Assembly: GCF_000281045.1 (NCBI RefSeq)
Contig: NW_008246100.1
Coordinates: 466,432-530,431 of the forward strand
Source of the DNA: Saprolegnia diclina VS20
Taxonomy: Eukaryota
Length of the DNA stretch: 64,000 nt
Direction of reading: 5' to 3'
The position numbers were made by a program, and so were the translations under genes. Positions within the stretch are counted from its first letter, which is position 1, and every line of letters begins with the position of its first letter. A model generated the notes under the pieces. That model was not told the DNA's origin. It searched no databases and saw only the letters and a program-made list of their open reading frames with translations. Positions 13,260 to 25,952 of the stretch are shown here, piece after piece.

Positions 13260-15279
13260 ACGATGACGATGTCAAAGACGATGATGATGGCGCGTCACGC
13301 AGTATCAGCGATGAGTTTGTCAAGGAAATGCGTGGCCTCAACGAGAGCGACCTCGTGGTCGACGAAAAGTCAGGTGCGGTCGTTGGCTCTCGTACGCTGC
13401 GGCTTGAGTCGTGTCTAGTCGAGCTGCACAAGTGGAGTGTCGTGTGGCCGCCCCGCATGAAGAGCGCGACCAACCTCATCCTCGTAGCTCTATGGATGCA
13501 TACCACAAGGTGTCATGAGACGTGTAGACCGTGCGTGGGTGCGACGGCAGCAAGGACGGTCCACTGGTTAGTGTCGTATACAAGTCGTACCAGTCGCCAC
13601 GGCACTTTCTATCGGCGGCCGGCGAAGCAGTGCATTTGGTCGGCACGATGGCCACCAAGTCGGTGCCGATCCCGTCAGTTCGCACGTTCTTCAAAGCCGG
13701 CATCCCGCGCACGTGGCGCGCCAAAGTCCCCAGTCTCCTCGTCGTCTCGTACGTGGTTGCTTTTGCTCATGACACGTCGAAGAACTAGAATGTCGTGTAG
13801 GGACAAGGGCGAGGAGAAGGGCAAGAAGCGCGTCATTAGCTCCCTCGGCGCCTTCCTGGACGCGCCGCCAGAGAGCGACACGTCGTCCGAAGACGAAGAG
13901 AGCAGCGANNNNNNNNNNNNNNNNNNNNNNNNNNNNNNNNNNNNNNNNNNNNNNNNNNNNNNNNNNNNNNNNNNNNNNNNNNNNNNNNNNNNNNNNNNNN
14001 NNNNNNNNNNNNNNNNNNNNNNNNNNNNNNNNNNNNNNNNNNNNNNNNNNNNNNNNNNNNNNNNNNNNNNNNNNNNNNNNNNNNNNNNNNNNNNNNNNNN
14101 NNNNNNNNNNNNNNNNNNNNNNNNNNNNNNNNNNNNNNNNNNNNNNNNNNNNNNNNNNNNNNNNNNNNNNNNNNNNNNNNNNNNNNNNNNNNNNNNNNNN
14201 NNNNNNNNNNNNNNNNNNNNNNNNNNNNNNNNNNNNNNNNNNNNNNNNNNNNNNNNNNNNNNNNNNNNNNNNNNNNNNNNNNNNNNNNNNNNNNNNNNNN
14301 NNNNNNNNNNNNNNNNNNNNNNNNNNNNNNNNNCCTGAATACAGACCAGCGCCCAAAGTCAAGGTCGAGAAGCCAGCCAAGAGGCACCAGAAGACCGACA
14401 GTGACGCGTGGACGCCAGTGCAAGTCGCGCAGCTCAAGCAAGCCATCCAAATGCTTCCGGCGAGCACGCCCGAGTACTGGGCCAAGGTACATGTCTATGC
14501 TGGCGTCGTGTCGTGACCCGTGGTAGATTGCTCGCGCCGTCGAAGGCAAGACGGGCGACGAGTGCCAGCGCAAGCAGTTTGAAGCGCTGGGGTCTGCCAA
14601 GAAGCCGAAAGCACCCGCTGCGACCGGGCGGCTCCAGGAAAAGCTCTCGCGCGCCGGCACGATCAAGCGCAAGATCCAAGTGCGTCAGTTTGTCCACGAT
14701 GTACAACGACCAGCATACCAGTCGTCAGTTTTCAAAATGACGTAGTTGGAGCAAAAGACGGCCGACGACGTGTACACGCCGCGCAAGCACGTGCCGGCGA
14801 CGGACCTCGATGCGCTCGCGTCACCGCAGTCCAACAAGAAGGTCAAGCGCACGTACGCGGCGGCGTCAAGCGTCGGCAGTAGCGACGACGACGACGCCGA
14901 CGACGACACGCTATTTTCTCCCATCACGTTTGGGAAGCGCAACGAAGTCGACTCGTACATCAACCAGCTGACCAAACAAGCTCGGAAGCCGGTGACACGA
15001 AAGGCGGCGCCAAGTCGACCGACCGAAGACAGCCGGGTACGCCAGTCTATCAATGTATCGAGAAGAAGGCAAGCATTTGCGTAGACGTCGATGGCGATGG
15101 AGGCCAAGGTCGGTGCTCACTCGCTCGTGGGCACGATGACCCCGAACGGCACAACGCGCCTCCGCCTCTCGCGCGACAGTGACTTTAGCGACTCGGTGGA
15201 TATCTCGTACGACCTCGACCACGCCGACGACTCGTCCGACGACGACGACGAAGCCAGCGACTTTGCCGACGACAACTAA
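11221..15279 (+). CDS. Large TP/SP-rich protein with SANTA-like and SANT/Myb domains (candidate KNL2/Mis18BP1), multi-exon, spans the gap
   Basis: Low-complexity TP/SP-rich N-half and poly-Asp tract. SANTA-like segment LHKWSVVWP...SPRHFLSAAGEAVHLVG...FFKAGIPRTW (~13420-13725). SANT segment WTPVQVAQLKQAIQMLPASTPEYWAK/IARAVEGKTGDECQRK (~14405-14580). Confidence 0.6.
13201..13290 (+). repeat. (GACGATGAC)n coding microsatellite encoding poly-Asp
   Basis: Perfect 9-nt tandem units are visible in the sequence. Confidence 0.85.
13909..14333. other. Assembly gap (N run)
   Basis: About 425 N bases. Confidence 0.98.
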
Positions 15280-15367
15280 TCATTTGTACAAGTTGTCCTA
15301 TTGTTGTTGTTGCGAGCCTCAACCAACGATCAGAGAAGAAGAGTTGGAAGTGTATATTTAGGAATTG

Positions 15368-17233
15368 ATGACGACCGATGTGGTGTGGCGCGGCCGGCAG
15401 TCGTTGCCGACGCTGACGCCGACGCACGAACTCGTGGCGACACGTGACCATGACGTGGTCGTCCGAGAGGTCGCGACGCCATCGTACCGCCTGGAGTTCT
15501 CGGTCACAAGCTGCGACGTCGTGCGGTCGCTCTCGACGGCCGAGATGGCGGGCGCCGTCCAACGCTACCGCACGCATCCGCATGAAGCGACATCGTCCGC
15601 CGCCGACCGCGCAATGCAGCGCTGGATCACACAGCACAAGACGCCGCCACGCGACGACCTCATCCGTTGGCTCCTCGCGCGCATGGTCCTGCTGCAGAGC
15701 GCGCCGCCGACGCTCGTTTTGCTTTGCGAAGTCGGGCTCTCCAAGGCGCCCGTCACGCGCAAAAAATCGCTGCCGTTGACGCCCCGCACGATCGCGAGTC
15801 CGTTTGTCGACGAAGACGAGCCGCTGCCACCCTTCTCGCCCACAAGCGGTGCGGCGCCCGAAGACAGCAGCGACGACGACGAAGCACCGCCGGCATTTGC
15901 GTACACTTGCTCGTATAGATCGTCGTGGCTTAATACATGTAGAGAACACGTGGCGCCCTTCGAACCCGCGGCCGTGCGGTCGCAGCGCAGCACCGTAGCA
16001 TCGTCGCGCTGGGCCGACGACGCGTGGCGACTGGCGCTCGAGCTGCGCAAGTCCAAAGCCGACGTCGAGAAGGCCAAGGAGCTGCGCCGGCGGCAAGAGG
16101 TCGTCGCGACGGCGCGCAAGCAGTCGCTCTTGGTGTCGGCGTCGCGGCTGCGGACGTCGGCCAAGACGGACAAGCGCGACAAGCGGCTCGTCAAGGCCGC
16201 GACGCACAAGGCCATCGAGCACCACGAGGTGCAGTCCACCGCTCCTTCCTTTTCGCTCAAGCGTCGTAGATGACCGCGTACGTTGAGAACCAAACGCGGC
16301 GCGAGTACGTTCAGTACATGCGCGAGCACGAGCGCACGACGCGGCTGCTCCAGATCGGCCAGCGCCGCCACGGGCAAAAAGGCGCGATATTGCCGGTGGA
16401 ATGTATCAGAGTATCAATGTATCATCTATGTAGGTCCCGACTTGGGCCCGGGCCCGCTGCCGACCGACGTGTACGCAGTGGCACGTGACGACGACGACGA
16501 GGCAGAGCCGTTTGTGTACGACATTCATGGCCGCCGCCACGCAGTGACGAGTGCCGACGAGGTCCGCGCCAAGAGCGCCTTTGACGCTGCGATGCGAAAA
16601 GTGCAGCGGATCGCCGCCAAAGCGGGGCGCCACCTCGTTGCGTTCTTCCGCCAGCACGATCGGGATCGTAGCGGCACGCTCAACTGGACCGAGTTTGCAT
16701 CCGCGCTCCAGAGTCTGCACGTGCAGCTGAGCGCCGACCAAGTGCACGCGCTCTTCTCCTTCTTTGATACGAACGGCTCGAACGGCATCGACTATGGCGA
16801 GGTCCGACTCGTATGCAAGCAATGCGCTGATGCTCTGTAGCTGCTCTGGAGCTTCTTCAACCGCCGAGCGTTCGTGAAGAAGTGGCACATGGCGACCGAG
16901 AGCCTCTCACCCGCGGAGCTCCACGCTCGCTTTTACGCCGCGGACCGGGTGCACCGGGGCGCGCTCTCGGCGCGGGACTTTTTCCTAGCGATGCAGCAGC
17001 TCGGGTTCCGCTTCTCAGACCTCGACGAGACGCTGCTGCTGCACAAATTTGACGCCAACGGCGACGGCTTTATCGACTTTGACGAGTTCCAGCGCGCATT
17101 TCACGCCAACCATAGTCCCCCAGCACCAGTGGCTCCAAAGCCGCAAGGGCCCACGACGTCGTCGCTCGAGTCGGAGCTGCAGGCGCTCGAGGAGCTCCAA
17201 GCCAAGCTACAACAGCTCCTGCAGCAAGTCTAG
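15368..17233 (+). CDS. Protein with C-terminal EF-hand pairs (calmodulin-like), multi-exon
   Basis: EF loops DRDRSGTLNWTE, DTNGSNGIDYGE, DRVHRGALSARD and DANGDGFIDFDE. Introns near 16230-16270, 16400-16432 and 16802-16840. Confidence 0.8.
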
Positions 17234-17292
17234 CGCCATTCGACTTGGTTTCATAGTATCAAATTATCGATTTACCAAGAAATCATCTGCAT

Positions 17293-18997
17293 TTATGGCG
17301 GCACCGGCACGTGCTGGAGGGTGTTCAACGGCCACCGCGGCGCGTACTTGGTCCCGGCCGCGTCATCGCGAACGCCGCGGAGGTACCGCTCCATGCCGGC
17401 CCACGCAATCATAACACCATTGTCCGTGCAGTAGCTAGGCACCAAGACGGTTGTGTTCTAGCTTTCAAATTGGGCGACGTACCGCGGCGGCGGGTACACC
17501 GCGCAAAGACCTATGCAAGTATACTCTGAGTCGAGTACTATGGCAGCAGCCGAGAGTACCGTGGGCACGTGCGAGGGTGTCCATCTCGCGTCGCAGCGTC
17601 GTGTTGGCGGCCACGCCCCCGCAAACCACCTAAACGCCAGTGAACGCCACTAGGCACTTGGCCGCTAGGGATACCAGGTGCTGCAGCGATGGGTGGGACT
17701 CGGTCGTGATCTCGCACGCAAGCTTCGTTCGGGTCACAAGGTGCGCGACTGCTGTGCGCTACAGTGCATGCCGCCTGAACAAATGTGACGTTTGCAATAG
17801 TTTCCCACTTGAAATGCGGCCGCGAGGTCGTGCTTGGTCGTTGGTGTCAGCGGTTGATGCTACCCCAGTGTGATGTCACGCTGGCCGTCAAGTAGCGACG
17901 TTGCTACCTCGGCAATGAGCCGCATCATGGCTGTCTTCAAGCCCGCAAACGAAAAATCGCAGTCCTAGCAGGTCTCAATCGCGTACTCTCGACCTGCGAC
18001 GGTTCATACCTTGCGCTTCTTCTTCTTCATGGGCTCCGTGAGGCGAAAGACGCGGTCGTTTCCGAGACGCGCGGCGGCTTCGACGAGAGCGCCGCCGTGG
18101 AGCTTGGCATTCTCGCTCGGGAGCTCGAGCATGCGCGCGACCTTGTCAAAGGCCTCGCCGACCGAGTCGTCGACCGTGCTTCCAAGCACGTCGTAGCTGC
18201 CCACGTCCTATACACGATTCAATATGCCTCGGCGATAGAGTGGTGGGTGTACCTTGGCGAGAACCAGCGAGCAGTGGCCGCCCGACACGAGGAGCACAAG
18301 AAACGGAAAGCGAACGTCGTCCTAAGCATCAGAGGGAATCAACGACCTCCTTTTCGAACAAGCGCACGTTCAGAAGCCGGGGCACGAGCGCATGCGCCTA
18401 CACGCGTGCATGAGCGACGTCATTCCGTCAGCGATGCACCTCCAAGTGGTTGATGGCCAAAAAGTCCAAGTTGTGCCGAGCGACGAGGTCCTTGGCTGCC
18501 GAGAGTCCGACGTTGAGGCACGGCGCGAGACCTGGGCCGGACGTCACTGCCACTGCGTCCAAAGCACCAAAGCCATCAAGGCCGCTACAATGAGATGAAC
18601 ATGTTGAAGCGACGCTCGCTCGGACCTTTGCTCGATGGCGGCCTGCAGCACGAGTGGAAGGTTCTCTTCGTGCGACCGCGCGGCGAGCGCAGGCACAATA
18701 CCTACAGCGATCGATGAGCAAGCGGCAGGGCGACAGGTACGCGAGTCTGCCTTTCCACGTTTCCAGCAGCGCCCATTGCGACGAGACGACTTCGCTGAGG
18801 ATCGTGCCGTTCGAGTCGATGATGGCGACGGCCGTGTCGTCGCAGCTGCAGACAAGTTGTCCATTCACCCATCGTTGCGTCAGGATGACATACCTCGTCT
18901 CGATGCCAAGCACGTACTTGGTGCGTGCCGCGGTCGCCAACTGGCGCGCGGCCAGCAATCGGGTGGTTCGTTTCAACATCAGCTCTGCCATCATCAT
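17293..18997 (-). CDS. OSGEPL1: Mitochondrial tRNA t6A threonylcarbamoyltransferase (OSGEPL1/Qri7/TsaD family), intron-rich
   Basis: Transit-peptide-like N-terminus, then [24 protein letters not shown]...[40 protein letters not shown] and [10 protein letters not shown]. Confidence 0.9.
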
Positions 18998-19420
18998 TCT
19001 GGATATGCATTCTCAGCAGGTCCTCCCACAGTTTATATCTAATAAAGAGCAATAGGTAACGTGCTTGAATGGAACAGACAGTTTGAAGCAGGTGTTGTGT
19101 GTGGATCTTTGCACATATTCTGGAACGTTCGACCTGCGATGCACAGTATTGTCGACGGAACCACGACCATTTACACCACAGCGCGCCGTCCTTAGCAATG
19201 ACCTTATAAAGAGAGCGCCGTTCACTGCGAGAAGCGCCGACAGTTGTCACTGCACCGCCTCCGACGTGCTAGTACGTGGCGCCGCGACGTGGCAGGAAGG
19301 AGTTTTCACGAGCAGCCACGCTCATTGGCTCGTGCGACTTGGCCCTATGGCGTGCAGTTGGACAATCCATCGCTCGGCTGGGACACGCCGTCGTGGCGGC
19401 TCATTCTTCAATTATTGCCC

Positions 19421-19891
19421 ATGACGTCTACCGATGCTGTGGCGATTGCGAGCGTCCTGCGCGACTTTTACCTCTACACACTCGTCACCTCCTTCCAGAA
19501 CGGCGTCGATTTGCGCGTCCGAGCAGCGTTCGCGTCCTGGCGGCGCGTGCAGCGACGCGTGCTCGATCTGTGGTGTCCGGATTTTGGCTGGCTCGCGCCA
19601 AGCGAGGGCGCCGCCGCGCCGCTTCGCATTGCGCACAACGCTCACTGCTCCATCGTCTGCTGCGACCCCAAGACCAAGGTCGAAGCCGTCCGTTCGGTCG
19701 CCTACGACATGCTGTGGCAGCCCAGCTACGTCTTGTACTGTGCGATCGCGGCCGGCGAGAAGGACCTTGTGCTGCGTCTTGGCCGCTGCCGCCCCGAGCT
19801 CTTTTCGCGACGAGCTATCAACGTCGCCGAGTTCTACGCACAGCGAGAGATTGCCGCGCTCGTAGCGCGCCACGTCAGAGTGTATCCGTAA
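19421..19891 (+). CDS. Small hypothetical protein, single exon, possible degenerate ankyrin-like repeats
   Basis: 156-aa ORF with host-like codon usage. N-terminal 'VL...LVTSFQNGV' and C-terminal 'LYCAIAAGEKDLV...AINVAEFYAQREIAALV'. Confidence 0.5.
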   Translation: MTSTDAVAIASVLRDFYLYTLVTSFQNGVDLRVRAAFASWRRVQRRVLDLWCPDFGWLAPSEGAAAPLRIAHNAHCSIVCCDPKTKVEAVRSVAYDMLWQPSYVLYCAIAAGEKDLVLRLGRCRPELFSRRAINVAEFYAQREIAALVARHVRVYP

Positions 19892-19930
19892 TCTATAACG
19901 ATGACCGTTTTTTCATCAGGCAGTCGTGGC

Positions 19931-22900
19931 ATGAAGCGGCCGCGCCCGGACGCAAGCATGACCGAGTTTGCGCGTGCGCACCCTGAAGTCGAGTACGCGC
20001 TGCAGCTGCACGCATCGCATCGTCGTACAACGAGAGACTAGATATGGAGCTGAGCGTCTCACGCCCGCACGTAGGCGCCAAGGCCAAGCTGCCATCGGCC
20101 AAGAGTACGTAGTACCCTGCGATACGTCGGCGGCTCGAATTCAGAGTGTAGAGACCGAGACCAACCAGGCCAATGAGCGTACTTTGCGCCTGGCCAACGA
20201 CAGCGTCCACGTCTCGTTTCCCAAGGCCCCGCGCTTCCGTGGCCGGCTTCCGGACGCGATACCCCGTCCTGTCGGCAGCGCCAAGCGGCAACGCAGCCAG
20301 ATCCACGCCGGCATCTATGTCCTTCGCAACACCCGCACGGGCCACGCCTTCTTTGGTGCGAGCGTGGACTTTCTTCAGTAAGATATGGACATCCAGTCTA
20401 GGCTCGACGTGGGATTTGGAGAACGCCAAGAGCCAAAACTACCAAGACCTTCTCGACGGCAAGCACGTCAACCGAGCCATGGTCCGCTCGATGCGCGCGT
20501 ATGGCGACCGCGACATTGCCTTTCAGATCCTCCAGGTACTCCGTCGACCATCAGACGCGAGATGGACAGTGCACATTGCAGACTATCCCGACGGGGAAAG
20601 AGATCCAGTTCCGGGAGCTCGAAGACGCATTAAGCCAGCGACTGCAGTTTTACGTGGCGCGGGCGCAGCGCACGCACGCGCGGCGCCTCTTTCGCCGGTG
20701 GCAGCATGCGTATTGGAGTTACGCGCTGCCGGTTTGGAGCGCCTTTGTGAAAGCCCGGCAATCGACCGAGGCCATGGCGGCGGCCCTCGAGCTTCAGGTA
20801 GTTGCGTCACCTTTGTGAATCGGCGTCAAGTCAGCGTGTAGCGACTATGGCGCGGGCGGCGTGGGCGACGGGCCGCACACGCCCGTCGCCGGTTCGTCGC
20901 GGCGCGGCGACTGCAAGGCGTAGTGCGGGTCTTCCTCTCACGTCGAGTGCTCTTGCACCTGCGCCAAGACCGCGCGGCACGAACCCTCCAGCACACGGCC
21001 AAAGGCTTTGTCTACTGGGCAAAGTTCAAGCGCTATCGGCGGTCGACAGCAGCCGCCGCCACGCTGCAGCGCGTTTGGCGCGGCCACGCCGGTCGGCGGC
21101 GAGCGCACGCGGCGCGCTTGCACGAGAAGAAGACCTTGGCCGCGCACGTGTTGCAGCGGAGTCTGCGGCGATTTGCGGCCTCGTGCTTTTGGGCTGCCCG
21201 CCGTCTGCAGCAGCGCGAGACCGCGGCGGCTATCCAGCTGCAGCGACGGTGGCGCGGCGTCTATGGGCGTCGACGCGCCGCTTTCTATAGCGACAAGCGG
21301 GAGCAGGTGCGGCGACTGCATCGCGCGGCGGCCACGATCCAAACTGCGTACTACGCCTACCACATCAAGAAGTTCCAGTTTGCCGCGCGCTCGCTGCTGC
21401 AGCAAAAGCGCACCGCGCAAAGGCTCTCGGTCTACTGGCGCAACTTTGTCGCGCGCAAGTTTGGCTGGGCCGCGCTGCAGATCCACTTGGAGCACAAGAC
21501 GGCGACGCACCTCCAGCGCTGGCTCGTATCCGCGTCGAACCGGCGCCGCATTCGCCGCGGCTGCCTGCATTGCAAGCTTACGCGTCGCGCGATTGTCCTG
21601 CAGCGCTATGCACGCGGGTACATCGCCCGCCACGTGCTTCTTCCGGCCGCCAAGCGCCGCGTGGCGCTCACACACGCGGCCAATTACATTGGGCGGTGGT
21701 ACCGCAGTCTCAAGTGGGCGCGGCTCGTCACGTTTGTGTTTCGAACGCGCGCGGCAACGACGATTCAAGCAACGTTCCGGTCGTTCTGCGTCTATCGGCG
21801 CTTCCAGGCGAGCAAGGTCGAGTGGCGCGAAACCCGGGCGGCGGTCAAAATTCAATGTCAGTTCCGCATCCACCGCGCCAAAGTCCACTTCCGCCAGCGC
21901 ATATACGTGCTCCGCGCTGGCGCCTGCGCCGAGTGCCGGAACGTCCTCGCAAAGCTCTACTCGATTCCGCTCGGTCTCGAGCTCTGCGAGAGCTGCTACA
22001 CCATGATCCTCGACGTCACGGACCTGGCGCGCGACGCCGATCTCCCGATACCCATCGAACTCTATCGGCACCAGCGCGCAATGGCGACCAGAATTGCTGC
22101 CGCGTACAAGGGCTACGCCGCGCGCCTCTTGCGCCGCTCGCTTGTCTGCGACATGTGCGCCACCCGAGCGGAAGCGCGCATCTGCCTCGAGTGTCCGCGC
22201 ACGGCGTGTCACTCGTGCATGGCGACCGTTCACGCACTGCCCTACAATGCACAGCATGTTGGCTGGCGCTTTGCGGACCATGCGCGGCGCACGGCCGCGG
22301 CCACGGCGCTCCAAGCACGGTCAGTACTGCGGAATTAGGGTTGTGTTAATAGTAGGGGTAGGGCTCGTTGTTTTCTGCAGCGAGGCACGTTGCAAGCCCG
22401 CCGCGACGCCAAGCGCTCCGCGGCTGCCACGATACTGCAAGGGTGGTGGCGCGCACGTTACTCGCGCCACCTCGCACGGCTTTTGCAGGCAAAGAAGGTG
22501 GCCCACGACGCCTTGCGCACCGCCGCGGCAAGGACCCTCCAGCGCGTCTACCGGGGCATGCACGGGCGCCGACGAGTGGCTCGTCGGCGCCAGCACATTG
22601 CCGATCAGGCCCGCTTTGACGAGGCTGTCATCACCGTGCAAGCCCACATGCGCGGGGCCTTGGCGCGACGCTGCGTCAACGCCGAACGTGCCCAGCGTCA
22701 AGTGGTGCAGCACCTTGATGTCCTATACCTCGTCTTACATCACGACGCCTAGATACGGCAAGCAGGCGCGGCCTTGGCGATTCAGTGCGCCTTCCGTCAA
22801 CACGTGGCCCGACTGCAGTGTAGCCAGGTACGCCTCTTCTGCATTCGAGTGAGGCTCAGTATACGCGATAGCGGCGCCGGTTCCTGGCGGCGCGGCGCAT

Positions 22901-23750
22901 CCAGAGCATGGTGCGCGTCTACTTGGCCAAAGGCGTTCTTCTTGCGTTGCAGCTCGAGTACGAGCGCAACGTGCAATTAGCGATAGAGCACGTCAAGCAC
23001 CGACGGATGGTGCGCCGCGTCACGCGGATCCAAGCCTTGTACCGCCAGCGCCGGGACTTTCGCCGCGCCGTGGCCGCTCGCCTGGGTAGAGCCCGCGACG
23101 CCCGGTGCCACTGGGAGCGCGTGTGCCAGTTTGTCGAAACGCGCAATGCACGCCTCCTCCAACGCGCATACCGGCGTCGCTACGCGCTCTTAAGCCGCAT
23201 GGCGACACGACTACAAGGCCTTGTCCGACGGCACTTTGCCCGACGGGACGCAGCGATTCTTGACGCCAAGACCCAGTCGTTGCGGCGTGAGACGGCGGCG
23301 ATCACGCTGCAGTGCTTTGGCCGAAGCATCATGGCGAATCGCACAGTTGCAGCGCTGCGCTTGGCAGCAGCAGCACGAGCTCAAGACGAGTGGGTCGAAT
23401 GCGTCGATGAAACCAGCGGGTACACGTACTACTACAACACGGTGACCGCCGAGACGCGCTGGGACTGCCCGACCGAGATGCCACTTCTGACGGACAGCAA
23501 CAACGACAGCGCGCCTGTAGAGAAGGTCGGAACAGGGAGCAAGGGCGATGGCGATCCAGCGACGGGCGACTGGGTCGAGTGCTGGGACGAGACGCACAGT
23601 GCCTTCTACTACGTCCACTCGGTGACGGGCGAGACGTCGTGGGAAGCGCCGGCGACGTCCGAGACGGCGTACGACTGGTACTATGACGAGAACGGACAAG
23701 TTGTCTACTACACGCCCGCCACCGACGACAACCAAACGACTGCACACTAA
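19931..23750 (+). CDS. Multi-IQ-motif protein with N-terminal GIY-YIG-like domain, B-box-like zinc fingers and two C-terminal WW domains, multi-exon
   Basis: Many IQ motifs (LQRVWRGHAGR, LQRRWRGVYGR, IQATFRSF). Zinc fingers CAECRN...CESC and CDMC...CLEC...CHSC...H...H. WW domains WVECVDETSGYTYYYNTVTAETRWDCP and WVECWDETHSAFYYVHSVTGETSWEAP. Start codon uncertain. Confidence 0.8.
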
Positions 23751-23814
23751 GAAGCGCACTTGTTGAGATCTTATAGCGTGTTGAACGGGGTGGATCTTGA
23801 AGTGCGGGCGCCTA

Positions 23815-25471
23815 CACCTACTCAGACAGAGAGGGTGGGTCAAGAGACCATATGCAGTGGTGGCGTGTACCTGCGACGAGTAGCGCGCCGCTTGCTGCGC
23901 TTGGGCCTGTGCCGCCAACGAGGACGCATAGTTGCGCTGGTGCATCTGCGTTTGGCGCGCAGCGTCCGCGCGGGCTTGAGCCTGCGCCATGTTCTGGCGC
24001 ACTTCGACTTCTTCGCGCTGGCGCTGCTCGAGTTGCGCCGGCGTCAACGTCACCCCAAACTTGGAGCCGCAGCTCGGGCAAAACTTGGCGTTCGGCTTGC
24101 ACTGAAAGCTGCAGCTCGGGCACGCGCTCGGGGCTGCCGCCACGGCCACCGGAGCTGGCGCCGGCGCCATCGCCGAGACCGGCGTCCCGCACTTGTTGCA
24201 AAACTTGGACGTGGGACCGAGCGGCGCAAAGCAACCGGTGCACGCCGTCGGTGCCATTGGGAGTGCAACCGGCGCCGGGATCGGTGCCGGTGCCGGGGCG
24301 GCGGCCGTCTTGGTTCCGCATTTCGGGCAGAACTTGGCCCCGGGCTTGAGCGAGAAGCTGCACGCCGCACAGTTGCCGCCGACTAGCGACGTGGAGCTGC
24401 CGCCAAAGCTCGAAGCAGCGGCGAGTGGCGGCGGCGACGCTTTGGCCGAGTCGACGCGCTTGAAGCCGCACTTGGGGCAAAACTTCTGCGCTGGTTTGCA
24501 GGGCGCGTGGCACTGCTCGCACGACGCCTCGGTGGTGCTCACGTGCAAGTTGGACATGCTCGCTTGGAGCATCGACGTCTGCTTCTGGAGGCGCGCCGTC
24601 TCGGCTTGAAGTGCCTGGGCGCGCATCTGCTCGGCGCGGAGCCGGGCTTCGTCGGCCTTGCGTTCGGCCTCTTCCCGCTGCAAGCGCGCTTCCATGGCCG
24701 CGCGCATGTTCTCTTCGCGACGCTTCTCTTCTTCGCGGAGCCGGCGGGACTCTTCGCGCTCGAGGAGACGCTGCTGGCGCAATCGCTCCTGCTCCTTGAG
24801 GGCTTCGGCCGCGGCCATGGCCTTTTGACGCAGCGCTTCGGCGGCGGCCTTGGCGTGCATCGCCTTGGCCTCGGCGGCTTCCCGCGTCGCACGCGCCCGT
24901 TCGGCCTCGGCGATGTGCGTCGCACGCATGCGGTCCATCTCCATCTGGCGCTGGGCTTCGAGCAGTCGCAGGTTCTCTTCTTCGCGACGGCGGTTCTGTT
25001 CTTCCAAGAGACGCGTGGCGGCCGTAGCGTCTTCGCGCATCTACGGGGACCGTCAATTGTCATGTAAGCGGGCGATCGTACCTTGACGGCGCGCTGGCGG
25101 GCTTCCTCGGCGTGGCGCTCGGCTTCGGTGCGCTTAGCGTGGGCCTCACGCTGCCGGGTTTCAATCTCCATGCGGTGCGCAGTTTCCTGGGACTGCCGGC
25201 GCTCTTCGTCCGCACGGTGCGCCTCTTCGAGGCGAAAGCGCTCCGTCTCCTCAAAGAGCTTGGCGGCCTTGGCCGCATCTTGCTTGGCAGCTTCCGCCAT
25301 CTCGCGGGCGGCGACCGCTTTCCGCTCGGCCTCGGCACGCTGGCTGCTGATGCCCGAGACGGGCGCGGACGCAGCACCAAAGAGGCCGCTGTCCGTGCCA
25401 CACGGCGCGCCGCACTCGGGGCAGAACTTGCCGCCTTCGTCGCGCGCGCCACACTCGCCGCAGAACCCCAT
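23815..25471 (-). CDS. Coiled-coil protein with five zinc-ribbon (DZR-type) repeats
   Basis: Repeats of CxxC-x7/8-KFCPxCG (MGFCGECG...KFCPECG, CEQC...KFCPKCG, CAAC...KFCPKCG, CTGC...KFCNKCG, CPSC...KFCPSCG) and an E/R/A-rich coiled coil. 3' end uncertain. Confidence 0.8.
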
Positions 25472-25952
25472 GCTGCGTCGACGGCTGTGAGAACAAAAAT
25501 GGCTCCAATCTTCGTCAACGGACCAGCCTGTCACATACTAAAGCCAAGTCAACAATGTGGGCCAGGGCGCCGACCAAAGACACGACCGCTCGCGCTGTCG
25601 CCCATCTCTCGAGCCTCTCAACTCCATGTTCCTCCGACATGCCATGGACGCGGACGCATGCATTGCTCGGCGCCTCGTTCTTTGCATATCCAACCTCGAT
25701 CTTTCGACCCCGAGCGCTGGCCTGCTGCGCGAGTGCGATAGGACGCAGGCGCCGACTGCGCTTGGCTGGCCGATGGATTGATACTTAGTTGGTACTTGAT
25801 ACTTGCGGCTACTTGGATCGGTCGCGGCCGCGGGAGAGGGCCGCGGGCTCGCGTGGCGAGCTTCGACCACACAGCCGGTGGCGTCCGGATACGTCCGGAT
25901 AATCACGGGACGGTGCGTTTGGGTATTTTTGGTTGGGAAGGGGGTCGACGCG

